Positions 21,401 to 36,400 of a stretch of DNA of 64,000 nucleotides are shown one piece after another (positions within the stretch are counted from its first letter, which is position 1; each line of letters opens with the position of its first letter). The stretch is from Tubiluchus corallicola. Taxonomy: Eukaryota > Animalia > Priapulida. A model generated the notes under the pieces. The model was not told the origin of the DNA. It saw only the letters and a program-made list of their open reading frames with translations, and ran no database searches. Location: the NCBI GenBank assembly GCA_030141605.1, contig JAQGDQ010000065.1, positions 372,001 through 436,000 of the forward strand, in the 5' to 3' direction. Position numbers and translations under genes: made by a program.

Positions 21401-24400
21401 GAACTAGATACTGAGGCAGCACGACAGAGTTTTCACTACACCTTACTGATGAAGGTTGAGCCTGAGTTGACTGGGTATATCCTGTCTGGTTTGAAAGAAA
21501 AAGAAAACTGAAACCTACTAGTGTTCTGCTAGGGATGTTAACGAGAATGACTAGCATCAATAATTATCATGTTGATAATTACCGAATGACTAAACAAAGA
21601 AGAGAACTTGGTCATAGATTACATTACCTAAACATTAATTAGGAAACAACCTGCAAAAAAATCATTACTGCAATGGATTGAGACAACTTGCAGAAAAACT
21701 AACCACATGTTGAGTATCATTTTTATAGTTCCAAATGATTTATTGTATTGTATCGATTCGTCTGAAATATAGATTATCGATATCGTATTGTTGGAAAAAA
21801 GTGTCATATCGTATCATAATCATATCACCAAATTTGTATCATTTAACATCCCTAATTCTTTTTTGTTTTACGATTGAGTAGTAGACATGGGTAATCGCAT
21901 AAACTACAACCAATTCCTTTATTTGCACAAAAGCCAACAGCCGTGCAAGTCCTAAAGCACACCACAAATGCAATTAAAATTGTACGCTCAGTTAAGTTAG
22001 CTTGGCATCAACTGAAATGTTTTTGTGAGTGACAATAGTAATACTAAAACAATCTTTGCAAAAATCCTCAAAAGTTGCTCAGCAACTCCTAACCCAAGTC
22101 AAATGTAGTTTTCACCAAATCTAGCCAGGAAAGATAATTGGGTACCTGTAATTACTGTGCATTTAATAACCCAGAAAATTGTGGCTACATCTTACTTGTA
22201 AATTAAATTCGTGAATTTGTGGGAGTACTGGGCACACTATAATTGTTCATGCAATCTAATAGAACACTATATAGGTCTCACAGTTTATTACCTGTGTAGT
22301 AAACACTTTGCTAACAAACAATACTTTGGTTTCAAAGTAAATTGTGTACCTCTGTAGTTGATATATCCAAAGACTATTTTTGACCGTCTGTGATATTTAG
22401 TGTGGAGTAATTTGTGTAATTTAGTGAGAGCAATTTCGATGCAGTAGCATTTTATTTGCATTTACTGCATATGAATTAGTGTTGTTGAAAATGATTTTCC
22501 CAAAGTTATACGATACTGATATTTACCTTTGTGTACTGATTGGATACTAATCCATGTTGTAAAAATTTCACAAAATAGTTCTTTTTTGTTTAAGTATGTG
22601 ACACTACAATTGAGATTAAAGTTTTACTAAACTGAAATAATGAATTGCTAGTCGCTAGACTGTTTAATTTTGCTAAAGTGCAAATGCTAATCGTTTCTTT
22701 TTTTTATTTCATATAATGATGTTACTAATTTGAGGTTAATAAAGTTGAATTTTACACTAAATTCAGTTTGAATTTTGAAATGTAAACCCTAAGCAGCTGA
22801 ACGTGAGTTAAATGCAGCCCATATTTATTCTAAGAGTGATTCAGCAGCTTGTCAGGTTTGTTCAACAAATTATGAGAGCGCAGCAATATGTGTCATCTAA
22901 AGGTTAATGTAATATGACATGTGACCACACTATATGACTGGCTGAATCATTCAGTCAATCAAACACTGCGCGCATGCTATTAGGCCAGCAAAGTACGCAT
23001 TGCATTAAAAACTTTGTACATTATACCAGAATTAGCTAAATCATCATTGCTTCACATAAGACTGACACAAGAGAATGTTTAGAATGTTTGAAATTTCAAG
23101 CAGATAAAAGCAGCAAATTTAAGTAAGTATTGAGCATTCCGAAGTGTAATATCGGGTATCAGACAACACTAATAGGCACGTGCATCGTTGTATGCATTAA
23201 GATACAAGTGACCACATGCCAAAACTACATGTACAAAGCTTTTCGTTAGTTTTGAATCATGATATGGCTATTGGCAATGTGTAAACTACATTTAGACACC
23301 CCATCATATATCATGTTTGTTCAGAGCTGTTTTAAGAGCTAGGGCATATATAAGATACGTTTTAGGCAAACAAACTGCATTCACAAATTCACAAGCTATA
23401 GCTTTATGTGTGCAGGTGTTTAATTACACTCATATTTGTAATACAAAAAGTATAGTAGAACTTGTATTTTGTGTTTTCAACTGTGTGCAATGAGATGATA
23501 AATTGTTTACCACTTCACTGACATCATCAACTATGAGACGTAAGGATTTTCGTAAAGTAGCATAAGACCTCGTAGTTTGTACACACAACAATCTGGCTTT
23601 CTCTAAATTAGCTAATGTCATCGCATGATGAAATCCATACACCTACACAATTAGGTAAATGGCATTAAAATGATTAACACAAAAATATCATTAGCATTCC
23701 ACCAAATAAGTTATTATTACATGGATCAAAAATGATGCTATAATCATAATGAAGATAGATTTGTATTGACAAGCTTGTCATCTGAGATGATCAAAAATAA
23801 TTTTTTTTTGCAAATTTGATGCATGCTACCACTTTCACACTTCACATGAGACAAGTGTGCAGGTCGTAGTCAGTTCTGAAAACTAAAAATACAGTAGGCA
23901 CCGCTTAACAGACTCACTTTGGTATGGAGTGTTTTGACCCAATTAACCGACTGATTCAATTAGCCGATGGGTGTAGCTTATTACTACGATGGAAGTATGA
24001 GTCATGACTCATCACCTTAGTATGCACTGCAAAGGCTTTAAATAAATTTTAGAAAGGAATTAATGTCAAAATTCCTATGTGCAAATCTGATTACCACTAA
24101 AATTACAAAAACTCATACAAGATTGGTTGCTTCATTTCTTCAAGAAGAAGTTGGTTGATCAAATTATCATAATTATAAAGACGTTGAAAGTCTGTTGCTG
24201 TATGCTGTACATGTTCATGCAAAACACCTAGTCACCTAGAGCTTGAGCTGCAGTTGGTAATGACCTTGTTTCCCCTTTGAAAAGCAGTAGAAGCTTCAAA
24301 AGCAAACTGCTGGGCAAGTGTTTAAATATTTAGCTGCGAGAAACAACGAGTTTAACTCGAGACAAGTGGGTGTCAGATTGAAAGCAAAACCACTATGCTA

Positions 24401-27400
24401 TCAATTAGCGCATATGATAAACGCGCTTACAAACAAAAATTGTTTCTACATATATTACAGCGCACAAAATTGAAGTAAAGATGACATAAAAGCAGTAAAA
24501 GCTCTTTGGGTACACACATACAAGTGTTTTATTTTAAGTACGTGAACAAAAAATATTTGAGTCAATTATGCGGTGTTATTTGAGTCAATTAGGTGACTGA
24601 TTCCATTAACCCTGAGTCTAATAAATGGCACCTACTGTATAGAAATGAATTTAACTGGAATTTTTACTGTTTAAGATCATGCATATTTCACTCATTGGTT
24701 AGTCCCATTTCAACATTAAGTATGTTCCCAAACATTTTTTAAGATTTTAGAGCGGGGTGCTATGGCTCTCTCAAAAGAGAAAGAATCGGGTTGAACAGTA
24801 ATGTAGGTCTTTTTTCAAAGTGCTTTAGCAGGAAGAACGACAAAGAGTCAACTCTAGGTTCCATTTTGTGGAATTTTTGCTAGGTTATCTATCTGCTGCA
24901 TTCCGCTGTTGTGATATAATCCATTATACCCTTTCTATAACCTGCTTTTCACATAGCTCTTAATTATGTACCGGCCAAGTACTATCAGTAAGCAAAAACT
25001 ATGTAGAATGTTGACACATTACTGATCATTTGTGGATGGTCTAATAACTGAGTTTGTGCAAATCTGTGGGGCTTATCCGCTAATGTAGAATTATTTCGGT
25101 GATATTTCACAATGGACCACTACAACTGCTTACCTGAAATATTTCTCGTTTATAGTACTCTAATGTCTTCTGTTTGAAGCCATTATTTGCTGCACACTGC
25201 AAACACAATAACCTCAGTACCTACAAAATAATACAGAAATGACAAGGTTAATAGTTTGTGATCTTTTTCCTTCAGTAAAATGTTAAAGTAATTAATTAAG
25301 ACTGGACAAAAATTTTAAATATAGGCATGTATTAGTTTACTTATAAATTTTTGCTGTTGATCAATGAATGATGATAGACTATGATAGTCTTGCACATATA
25401 TATATATTGCCAGCAATGAATTCATGTTTGATGGCATTTGAATAACAGAAAGTCAGAGTATTGAACAGGGCTGTTACCGATACTGAAATTACAAACCGAA
25501 ACTGAAATTTATGAAACATAGGAAACTGATACCGAAATGAAACCAATCTGATACCATTTTTGCAAAAATAACTTTGTGCTATCAAAAGCAAAAAATACTG
25601 CAAAATAAATAAAATACTTTGTTTTTGCTTGTGTGCTTTTATTTGCTCAGATACAAGGTTGGTGAAGTAGCTAGGCGAAAAATCTTGACCAAAAAAGTAG
25701 AACAACTTTAAAGACCAAGATGCTTCAAAAAATGACAAATTTTATTTTATATTTTCTTGCCTATATTTCATAAATTATAAAATTCAATTTGGTTTATTTA
25801 AATTATGCTTTGATATTTCAGCTGATTTTTCACCTAACCATAAACCTTAAAGCTTCACAGTCGTCAGGACTGAAGGTATACAGCATTGCTGTAAAAAGCA
25901 TGCCACAAATAGTATAAAAAGTTAAATAAACGATATGTACGCTTTATTTGAACTATTTAAGGCAAAAGTTTTCAGTGACTTTTAACTTCCAGGAGAAAAA
26001 AGGCGAGCCGGATAAGTACTACTAAAACCTTGGAAAAATGTTGTGGAAAATTACTGAAAGTTAATAATCAAATAATAATAATAGTTAATAATTAAAGTTA
26101 ATGAAGTTAAGTTTCGGCTATGAAACTTAATAATTTTTGACGAAAACGAAACTCAACCGAAACTGCAATAATCGACAAACCGAAACGAAATTTTCGGTAA
26201 TGTCCCCGGTATTAAAGCTTTGATTCAGTCATAAGTTTAGCAAGCATGTAAAAACTTTATTTCAGACTAAAAGTTCACATGACAAATATAGAATTTACAT
26301 GCATAAATACATATAAGGTTGTTAGTAAAATTCACGGAATGTAATTTGTTTGAAATGAAGACAACTTGCTGCATCAATTTTGCAGTTTTGATGCTATAAA
26401 GACATCAGAGTTTAAAATTTCATTGCACATAAAGTTGTTGTTATAATTTTAGTTTTTAACTCTCGCTATAAAAGAATATACAGTTTTCCTTATTAAGACA
26501 TCAAAATAAACAATAAAGAACAGTCTTACTGACACTTCATCCTACCCTAGTAAAGAACAACAGATACAGTCTATCACTTGCAGATTTACTATCTGAATTC
26601 TATTTCTCCGGAAACGTATTAATATATCTTCACCTTGCTGCTGTACTGAATGTGCCTGTTGAGCCAATTTATTTAAAGAAATGCAGTACAATCAAAAATA
26701 CATTACTTTAATATCTACACCTCTAATACATTTATTATTATGAAATCTATCATGTATCCTACTATTCACCTTTATCAATGGTTCCTGTTTAGCTATAGCA
26801 TCATCTATGTATGAATGAATTTTATCTACTTCTACACCATTCATAAATTCTGAAAAATAATACAAATTCAAGAAATATAATCATGTCCATCAAAACAAAA
26901 CAAAATTTCCTATAACTACTTTTAAACTGTAATGCAAATAACTGAAGCAATAAGTCTTTCATTTTGTCCAGTTTGAAACTGTCGTTGTGATGCTCCTACT
27001 ATGTTGAACTGATGTTCCTGTTCCCACCATTATCACAACTTTATCTACCGATCACAGGCCTCTTTATTCCCAAATATATACAGTCATAATTCCTTGCAGG
27101 GCCTATTTCAGCCTAAGCGAGGCCCGGGGAAGTGGGGTGTGTGAGGCCGCTCGAGGGGGGGGGTCAGCATGGCCCAGAAATTTTTGAACTGCTAGAATGC
27201 CGGAGAAGCATTTTCGAAGAGAAAATATGGAGTTAAACAGTTGTTAAAGGAAAGAACAATTGAAAGAAAAACTGCTTTATTTTCAAGACCAGTCCTTAAT
27301 ACTTGTCAAATAGTCAAATAAAAAACAACATCTTTGCAATATATAATACTGTACTCTCACTTCCGTACAAGCCGGTGTTAGAAATTCCGAAATTGAAAAC

Positions 27401-30400
27401 AGCTGAACATCGGCACCGAGCCGCACAAAGCAAACGGCGCTCGTGCGGCAAGAGAGAGAGAGAGGGAGAGAAGAGGCAGTAAGTTCGCATAAAGCAAAAA
27501 AAGTTACCTCGGCGCGAGGCCCCCTGGAGGGTGAGGCCCCGGGGAAGTATCCCCACTTCCCCCCCTTGAAATAGGGCCTGATTCCTTGAGGAATACTTAA
27601 GCATTACTAAGCTAAGCCTGAGACAACATCAAGCCAGAAAGGTCATTATGAGTCTCTAACTTGCAATACTGGATCACTGGAGTAGAATATGACCTCATTC
27701 AAAATGTAATGCACGTGACAGCCGCAGGGCACTTTTTTCTGAACTCGCACACAACAGCCATGTAAATTTTTAACAAGTTTTTTCCTTTAAAATTAAAAAA
27801 TTGGCATACGAACAGGGGCCTTTGGTGAAATTATGCTGCTACTCTAACTAAAATGCAAATTCAGTGACAGAAATTTTTGGTACAGCAGCTACGATTGGGT
27901 GCATGTACAACTCAAATGGTGCCAGCCAGAATTTGCAAAATAGACAGCTTAATAGTGAGTTAGAAATGAGTGGGGTTAGACTAATAACTACCTTGTTCTA
28001 CTCGTAAGCTATCAAAAAAATCATCAGTGCTGGTTACTTCTTTCACTAGCTCAGCTATAGCTGTGTCTGAAATACAAGGTAATCCACACTGTAAAAATGT
28101 ATAAAAATGAACATCATTACTCCTTTACAACCGAAAGTATTAGTTCTTTAATTATTAATTAATTAATTATTAGTTAATGTCATTAATTATTAGACCTTTA
28201 GATGAAAGAATGAATGAGCTTTTTCATAACTAAAGGTCAGGAGTGACATTAAACTAACGTTATGGAAAGATCATGTTCTCTAAGGACACATTCTCAAAAA
28301 TCAAGAAAGATTTCAGAACGATAAATTTATTTTATTGTATTTACTTGAGCTAATATAAACACACATAAGATAAAATATGATTAAAAACATACACATACAG
28401 TTTATATATTAGTAAACTATGTTGTTATACTGCAAATCTACAGTCATTAATGCAGGCTTATGTCATACTATTACAAGCCTAAGTCGCACTGTTCATTACG
28501 TGCGAGTCGTGTCCATGATTCATTAATGATGTAAAACAACAGCATGCACGAAGTATTACTGTTATATACAATGATTTAGGATCATTATTGCTACATACAC
28601 TGTTACATGCAGCTTTTTCGAAATTTTGCAAGCTTATTGTGACATAAATGTATAGATCTTTACATTTGAGCCACTGCACCCCTATATTTTGGGATTGTAA
28701 GCTAATTGCTTGGTCCCGTTTGTGTCCATGTCCATTTTTTTATTAGCATTTACCTCAGAGACTGTAAATTATATGTTCTACGTTCTCTGGCCCAATAAAC
28801 ATTCTGTATGTCATCAAGAGTATAACAGCTAATATTGCTAAGAGGGAAAAACTGCTGAAGTGAGAGAGAGTGCTTATAGTCTAACACTGCAATCGGTTCA
28901 TGAATATCAGTTGAATAGCTAAAGCAAAATTCTAACAAAGTTTCTTCAGCCTTATCAAGACTGAATAGCTAGCAAATGAATTAAAGCCAGTAGTTGAGTT
29001 AATATTTCAACATAACAAAACAGTGCTGAGTTTCATAAAAAACGGTCATTAAATTCACCATGTTGTTATTATCAATTTAGTGATTATAATAATGACGCCA
29101 TTAGCTTAGTGATGGCTTCACGAAACTGGCATCTGGTTCCTGTTAAGTCTGAGAACATGTTGTTGGCTTCTAAGCCTAAGAGCAGAAAAGTTTAGGGATT
29201 AACATGTTAATGCCATTTCTAGTCAAACCAGTAAATCATTGTGACATAATCATTTAATTAGTGCAAATCCACAGCTGTATAAAGCAACATAGAAGTCCTC
29301 AATTGCCACGATAAATGAAGTTTCATGTAAAATACTATTGTCAGGAACACTTAAAGCGCAAGAAAACCCTTCATAAACATAAAGCTTAAAAAATTCGTCT
29401 TGAAATTTTATATCGATTACACACTGCCTTTTTGCATGCAGGACCTCAATGGGCAGTCACGCTGTATAAAAAATGTAACGCAGCCATTTTTACGACAGGT
29501 CATATGAAACAAGTTTAGATAACATTGCATAAAGTTTGAGAAAATAATCAGAGCATTCGTAGCACACACTTCATTAACTAAGTAAAATTACTGTATCTTG
29601 TAAGATTAAAAATATGTTTTCTGTTAGTGAGTGGTGCACCCTGGAAGTGAGTCAACGACGTTTTACCAGTTAGTGAAAACATTTTAAAAAGTTAAAAAAT
29701 TTTCTTTTCTAGTTACATAATTCTGTATAGCAGGCAAACAAAAGGCTAAGTAATATAGATTTACATCGAAAGTTTTCTGGGACATAATTTAACATTGCCT
29801 CTTCTTCCCCTAATTTACATGTAATGATGTCGTCGGAACAGTATTGCGGGAGATTAAAATAAAGACAAACAAAAATTCCTTTCAATGCGAGTACGATGTG
29901 CGCATAAAATTGGTATAAAGTAATATAATTTTTAAGGCGATTTTTCTGAAACTTACTTCAGGTACCCCTTTTCTTGATCTTTAAATATAAGAAGAATTTG
30001 TAAGGATTTCATAAATTATCAGCTTCGGTAGAAAAGAGACCCCTCAAAAAATTATTAAATAGCATTAAATTGCAATTAACATACGATTTGCCAGAGATTC
30101 CTTTGCAGCCTGTATGTGGGAAAGTTTAGAGACAAACTGCTTGATTTCTCCAACTGTTTTAGCACCGTGCCTTTCCTTGAACAAAAATTAAAAATTATAA
30201 TGATTAGATTCACTTGCCAGCAAAGAATTATTAATGCAAAACATCCAAAAAAATCGAAAAACTAAGAACATCGCAAAACTGCAGAACATTATTGAAAAGA
30301 AAAACGTAAATCTTAGATTGCAAAAAGTGTCCAACAGAAAATTCAAGATTTCAGATAAGAAATTTAGATAAATATATGGTATTTATAAGAATATGCATTA

Positions 30401-33400
30401 CTTGCTTGTATGCTTAATTTGCAGAAACAGTTAAAACATTGTAAAGTGTACTATAAACACTAATGACATTTTTGGCTAAAATGTATCAAAATGGATAATC
30501 ACTTGAAAAAGCAAACTAACATAAACAATGAACAACCAGAACAAGATATTTTAACTTTCTACCTCAAACTGGGCAGATATAACTTTAGCCTTTTTGCTCA
30601 AAACTTGTCCAACGGCATTAAAGTTTCTATCACGGATGTCAGCATACAATTCTTCAGCTGAATTTAGCAGAAACTGCTTCATTTCTGTCTGAATCATAGA
30701 CACACCAGTTTGTGAGTCTTGGTTCAAAAACTTCTCAGGAGGCAATTTTACCACATCTAAAGTTACCAATTAAATAATGATAAAAACTGAAAAGGATTAA
30801 CCCTGTAATTAATATACATTAAGCTCTAGGTGTTTCTGATCTTGAAAATATTGATTTTTGATAGTGTGTACAAAATTTTTGATAGTGTGTACAAAATTAA
30901 AATTGCTCATTTATCACGAAAATGGCATTTTTTGCATTTGATTCTGCAATAATGCAACTGAAAATGAATTTTTGCAGATTTTATACATCTTACATTTAAC
31001 ATAGACCTAGGAACTCAAATGCTTCTTTTCAAGAGCTATACTGCACAACTTGCTTTGCTAACTAACATTCATATGAACATGCAATTAATAAACTATGAAA
31101 TCAGTGACTATATAGTCAAGACGGTAAAGCCAGCCTAACTGCTAGGCCGAACAAGTTTTGCAGGTTTTTAATATGATTATTAAAAAAATGTCATTTGTCT
31201 TAAATATTCGAGAATTTGTCAATGTATAATAACTAAATCTTTTTTGTGACTTCTTACGTATGACAATAGTTAGCGCTGTACTGCACAGCACCATGTTAAA
31301 GTTATTGAACCTCATGTTTATAAACAACTGCACAGACAGCTTTCACAAAAATATATAATTTCAAAAATTGTTAAACCCAGTTACACATCAATTTGTAAAA
31401 GTGCCTACTTGACAATTGTTTCAGTTACTATATAGCGAGCCAAGCAAAATATTACACTACTGTGAACTTTCAGCTGTTTTAACAAACCAAGAATTTTTTA
31501 AATGCCTTATATGAGACTTTAAGAACTTTGCTTACATTTAACGGTTCTTGGTTCAAACACAGGCTTGGTTTTTGCATTTTATATTTTTCAGGTAAATCTC
31601 TTTCGTTAGTGTAAAACATGTTTAACAGGCAGATGATCACAAGGTACAAACAATTTAACTTACTGTTATTAATGCCATATATTTCATCAATCAGACCTTC
31701 ATATGTAAGCTGCATAGCAAGTGGAGTGAGAAGATCCACATTACGGTCTAGCAATAGCAAGCTATCAATCTGCGGCACAATTTGTGGCTCATTACCTCCG
31801 AGCTCTCTCCGCATGCGTAGTATCATATCACATACTTTCTATATGCAATCAGTATTCAGTTAGAAATCAGTAAACAACATCATTAATATTAAAAGGAAAA
31901 AATAGTACTTGATTCAGTTTTATTAGTAATTACAAATACAAATGCTTATTGTTTGACATGATGCGAAGGTAAAATTCCACTTTGTATTTGCAGGAATAAA
32001 GAAAACAAAGAGACATATGATCCAATGTTATTGTTAAAAAGTGGCATATTAATTCCTGGATATCACTTCTACTACACAACTCACTGATTCATTTAAGCAA
32101 TTCAACAAGTTTACAAATATGAAGTTCTAATGAATACATTATTTCATTCTTGGCAATCTTTTTTTGTGTAAGCATTTGACTTTTGTTTATGAGACTTTTA
32201 TCTTTTTTCTTATTGACTACTAAATCATCAGTAATAAACTATTAATGTTGACTTATTAATTGCACTTCGAACAGTAAGTATCTGCTTATCAAGTTAAACC
32301 ATTTAAAAGTCGGTTTATTATTGATTTGTTTATTAATAATAGTTTTGCTTGCTTAATGTTCTTTTGCTATCTTTGCTTACTGCCACTGACTTATTAAAAT
32401 TAATGTCTTTCCAGATTTTACACTTGACTTTTAATTTTTAGTTACCTTTGCACACACTCCTTTTCCATGTATATAAGGGATAACTCCATACAATGCTTGC
32501 AATGTCATTAATGCCTTTGCAGCATCAAACAGCACTGTGTAGTCGTCTTCAACATAGCACTCCTAGAAGCAATACAACAACAACTGATTAGTTGTCAAAT
32601 CAGTGAGAAACAAAATTTCATGAGGGAATAACCCACAATTACTGCACTTTCAAGATCAAATTTAGCAAAAAAATAAAATGTAAAAAGTTTAGAATTCAGC
32701 TTGATTTGAATGATGGTTTTCCTAAGATTCCAGTACCTTAAAGCAACCAGCCATTTTCTCTACTTATCACCAAATCTTGTTTTTAGAAGTTTTATAATTG
32801 TGGGCTTACAGGATTATTTATTTCTTAATTGAAATTACAATTACATATAACTAAATAATAGACTTAAATTAAAACACCTTAAATGCATTTGCAGCTTCCA
32901 TGGATAGTACATCACTGTCAAATGGAAAAAGTTCAAGAGAATACTCATCTATAGTTGTAAAAGCACCATAAACACCTCTGTCCTTTAACATTTGTTCACA
33001 GAGCAGTGTTTTGCCCGGAACGAAGAAGATGTGGAAATCTTTACGTGGTCCTGCTGGAGATTCCGTCCTAAAATAAAAAAAACTTTCTGAAGAGGCTTAA
33101 GTTTTCATACTTCACAAGAATTTTTTATTTCCATTTTCATTACAGGTATAAAAATTTCAATTGGGTTACATGCATAGGTCACTCATTTGCTGGGTGGTCT
33201 TCTACTATTTCACCTAATAAGGTAGGTAATAAAGTCATTTCTTAGATTTCAGCTACTGTTTCATTAATTAAGTTTTTTCCGATCCTAAAGCATGTTTTAA
33301 TATCAGCCTTAAAGTTCTTAATGTTGCAAAGAGGTCACTGTATAATAACATTTAAAATTTGTTATTATGTCACAAATTTTAAGTTAATATGTAACAATAA

Positions 33401-36400
33401 CATAAAACTCCAGCTGTGGTCTGCTCTTTCTGAGATCTGGTATGGCTATGATCTGGTCTGGCTAATGTGTGTGATGTGACTATACAAGATGAATGACACT
33501 ACCGAGCCCCGACTTCCATACCAGAATAGGGACTGTTCGATTTCTCCCCTATGACTATTACTGAAATTGTAGAATAATAGGGAATATTAATGTATAAACT
33601 TCCGCTTAAACATGCCTAAAGCGATGCATTATTACTTCAGAAAAGCAGCCTATAGTTAGAAAAAATGACTATGCTCACAAAGTAGATTACGCTCAATAAT
33701 CATATACAGTAGTAGCTGCTTGAAAGAGGGTAAACAGGTCATACACCACATTGTAACCTTCTAATGTCAGACCATTCTGTCTGTTACTAAGAAAAGGAAA
33801 GTTGACTTCCAGATCCAGATACTGTCTAATATTAAAAGACATTGAGCAGAAAATAGCTGCGCGTGGGTGATTGATCATTCAGAATAAGGAATAGGGAATA
33901 GTTATTCCTGGAAATTAGTCTAGAAAAATACATATAAAAATAACAAATGAAAAAGGTAATACTCTCAATACTCACGATAAAATAATATCAGCCACGGTGT
34001 GCATGAGAGAAAGCTTTGGTCTACATATGAAGATAATGTTGTGTACAGATGACTCCACAGAAAGCCATGATTTCAGTGGATACATTTTTGTAACATCGTG
34101 TTCCTAAAAATATTTACTTGTTCACCATATCATCTACAATGCAACAGATATGCATCACAAACATTAATGTTAAAATAACGATGGCAAAGAATACCGTATT
34201 TTCCCGTGTATAAGAGACCCTTTTTTGCTCAGAATTTTCACTTTAAAAATAGGGGGTCTCTTATACACGGGAGTAAGTCTTTTCAATCAGATGCATAAAT
34301 TGTGACACTAATGATTTTAAAGAAATAAGTGCTCTACAACTGTTTTATTTCGAATAATTATAGTTTCCTTTCAATAAATCTTCTCCATGGCTAAATTCTA
34401 ATGATAAAATTATTAATATTAATCACGAAGTGGATGCAAGATGCCGACTCCAATCTGACACCAACTGGCAAGATAAGAAAGCCAACCCTTGGAGAAGTCT
34501 GCAGCTGGGTCCTCAAGGCATGGAATGGTGTAAAGCCAGAGGTCATTATTAAATCTTTCAAGAAGTGTGGCATCTCCAATGCCATGGACGGCACAGAGGA
34601 CAATGCCATTTTTGAGCAGAGTGACTCCTCTGATGATGAACTGGCTGGAATTGCAGTTGATATTTTTGATGAGAGTGATGAGGAATTTAATGATTTCTAT
34701 GATGAATAAAGTTATTCATTACCAAAAAACTTTTTTCCAGAATTTTTGCCTAAAAATTGAAGGGGTCTCTTATACACAAGGGTCTCTTATACACGGGAAA
34801 ATACGGTAATTGTATCAAAAGTTGAAGTTGATGAGGGTTTAGTCAACTGTTTCTAAAAGTCACGGTGAGCTCAAGGTAGTCTGACATCCCTAAGTAAAAT
34901 ACCCCTCCCTCAACCCTTCCCCCTTCCCACTGGGGACCCATAACAAATTGGATTTTTGGGATACAATAAATACAGTATAATAGAACAGTGTAAAGCTTAT
35001 ACATACTAATTAAGCATCAACTATCGATTTGTAGCTTGTGTTGAATGAATTTATGATCCCATAGACCTGGTACTTCAAGAGCAATCAAAATTTCTGTAAT
35101 TTCTGCTGCACAATCTTTACGTGTATAGGCCGCATTTCCACTGCGTCCGCACAGACACAGACGTATCTGTAAGCACGTTTTACGTCCGCAAAAGTTGTTT
35201 CCATTGGGACCATAAGCCTTAAAATTATCTGCTGTAGCTTTTCTCTTTCTTGTTACTAATATGTTGCAGTCGATTATGATTTTGCACGTCCGTATGTTGC
35301 AATTTTTACAGCGTGTTTTCTAAGGGAATTTAAATAGACTAGTTGAATTCACTGCAAATAAAAAAGTGGCTTTTATTATAAAACTAACAATGTTTTGAGG
35401 CTTATTATTTTCTCCCTGTAATAGCACAACAAAGCAATGCAATTTTCAGGGCAAAGTCAAAATATTGTGGCAATGGAGCATATAGATACATGTGTATACT
35501 ACAAATTTAAAAAATGCACCATAGGATCACAAAATCAAACCTAAATTTACAGAAATGTTAATTTAACAACAAAACTACATACATTCTACCTTCAGTATTA
35601 AGCTGAAAGGCAACTTCAGCCCACGGCTGTCTTGTAAAATCCCTGTGGGTGTATCTGGGATTACTTTTGTCATACAAAGCAGGTTTGATCTCCACAGCAT
35701 GTACGGTTTGTTTGTCCTCCATTATAAAAATCCATTATAAAAAAGGTTGAACAATTAAAGTGCAGATCCGTGCGTATACATGGCTTTCCATGCAGACGCA
35801 GCGGAAACGACAGGCACGTAAAACAATGGTATTCAAAGGACGGCCATTGTATCAATTTTTTTCCGTGCGAGTCATACAGAAAAAGTCTGTGTCTGTGCGG
35901 GCGCAGTGGAAACGCGGCCATAATCTTGCAACTAGTTAGATTTCCCCCACTTTTCCAATACGAAAATTTTCAGAGCCCTAACTCCTCTTTTTCACTTTCA
36001 TTCCTCTAGTTTCATCATCTTCTTAACTTAACTGTAAAAGGTCTGGTTGCAAATAGTTTATTAGTGAATCTTTTTTGCTGTTCAGTATCCACCTGTTTTT
36101 TAACTTTACCCATAACAAAACACACTACTGAAGGTTTTGATCTCGTATAACCTTGCCTTAATTAGAAAAGTGTTATGGTAAGAATCTTTTTATTAATGGA
36201 ATGGTCTGCTACGATTAACTCATGCAGGGCTCACATGATGTGAAATCCTTTTATAAGAACTTGTCTGAGAAAGACTTTTGCTCATATATGGGCTTGATAA
36301 ATACTGTTTTACCGTACAAGATTTTCATTAAATTTGCTTAATTTTCTATTTATAGAAATCCAGACATGTACATAAACTCTTGTGTACAGGCTCAGTATAA

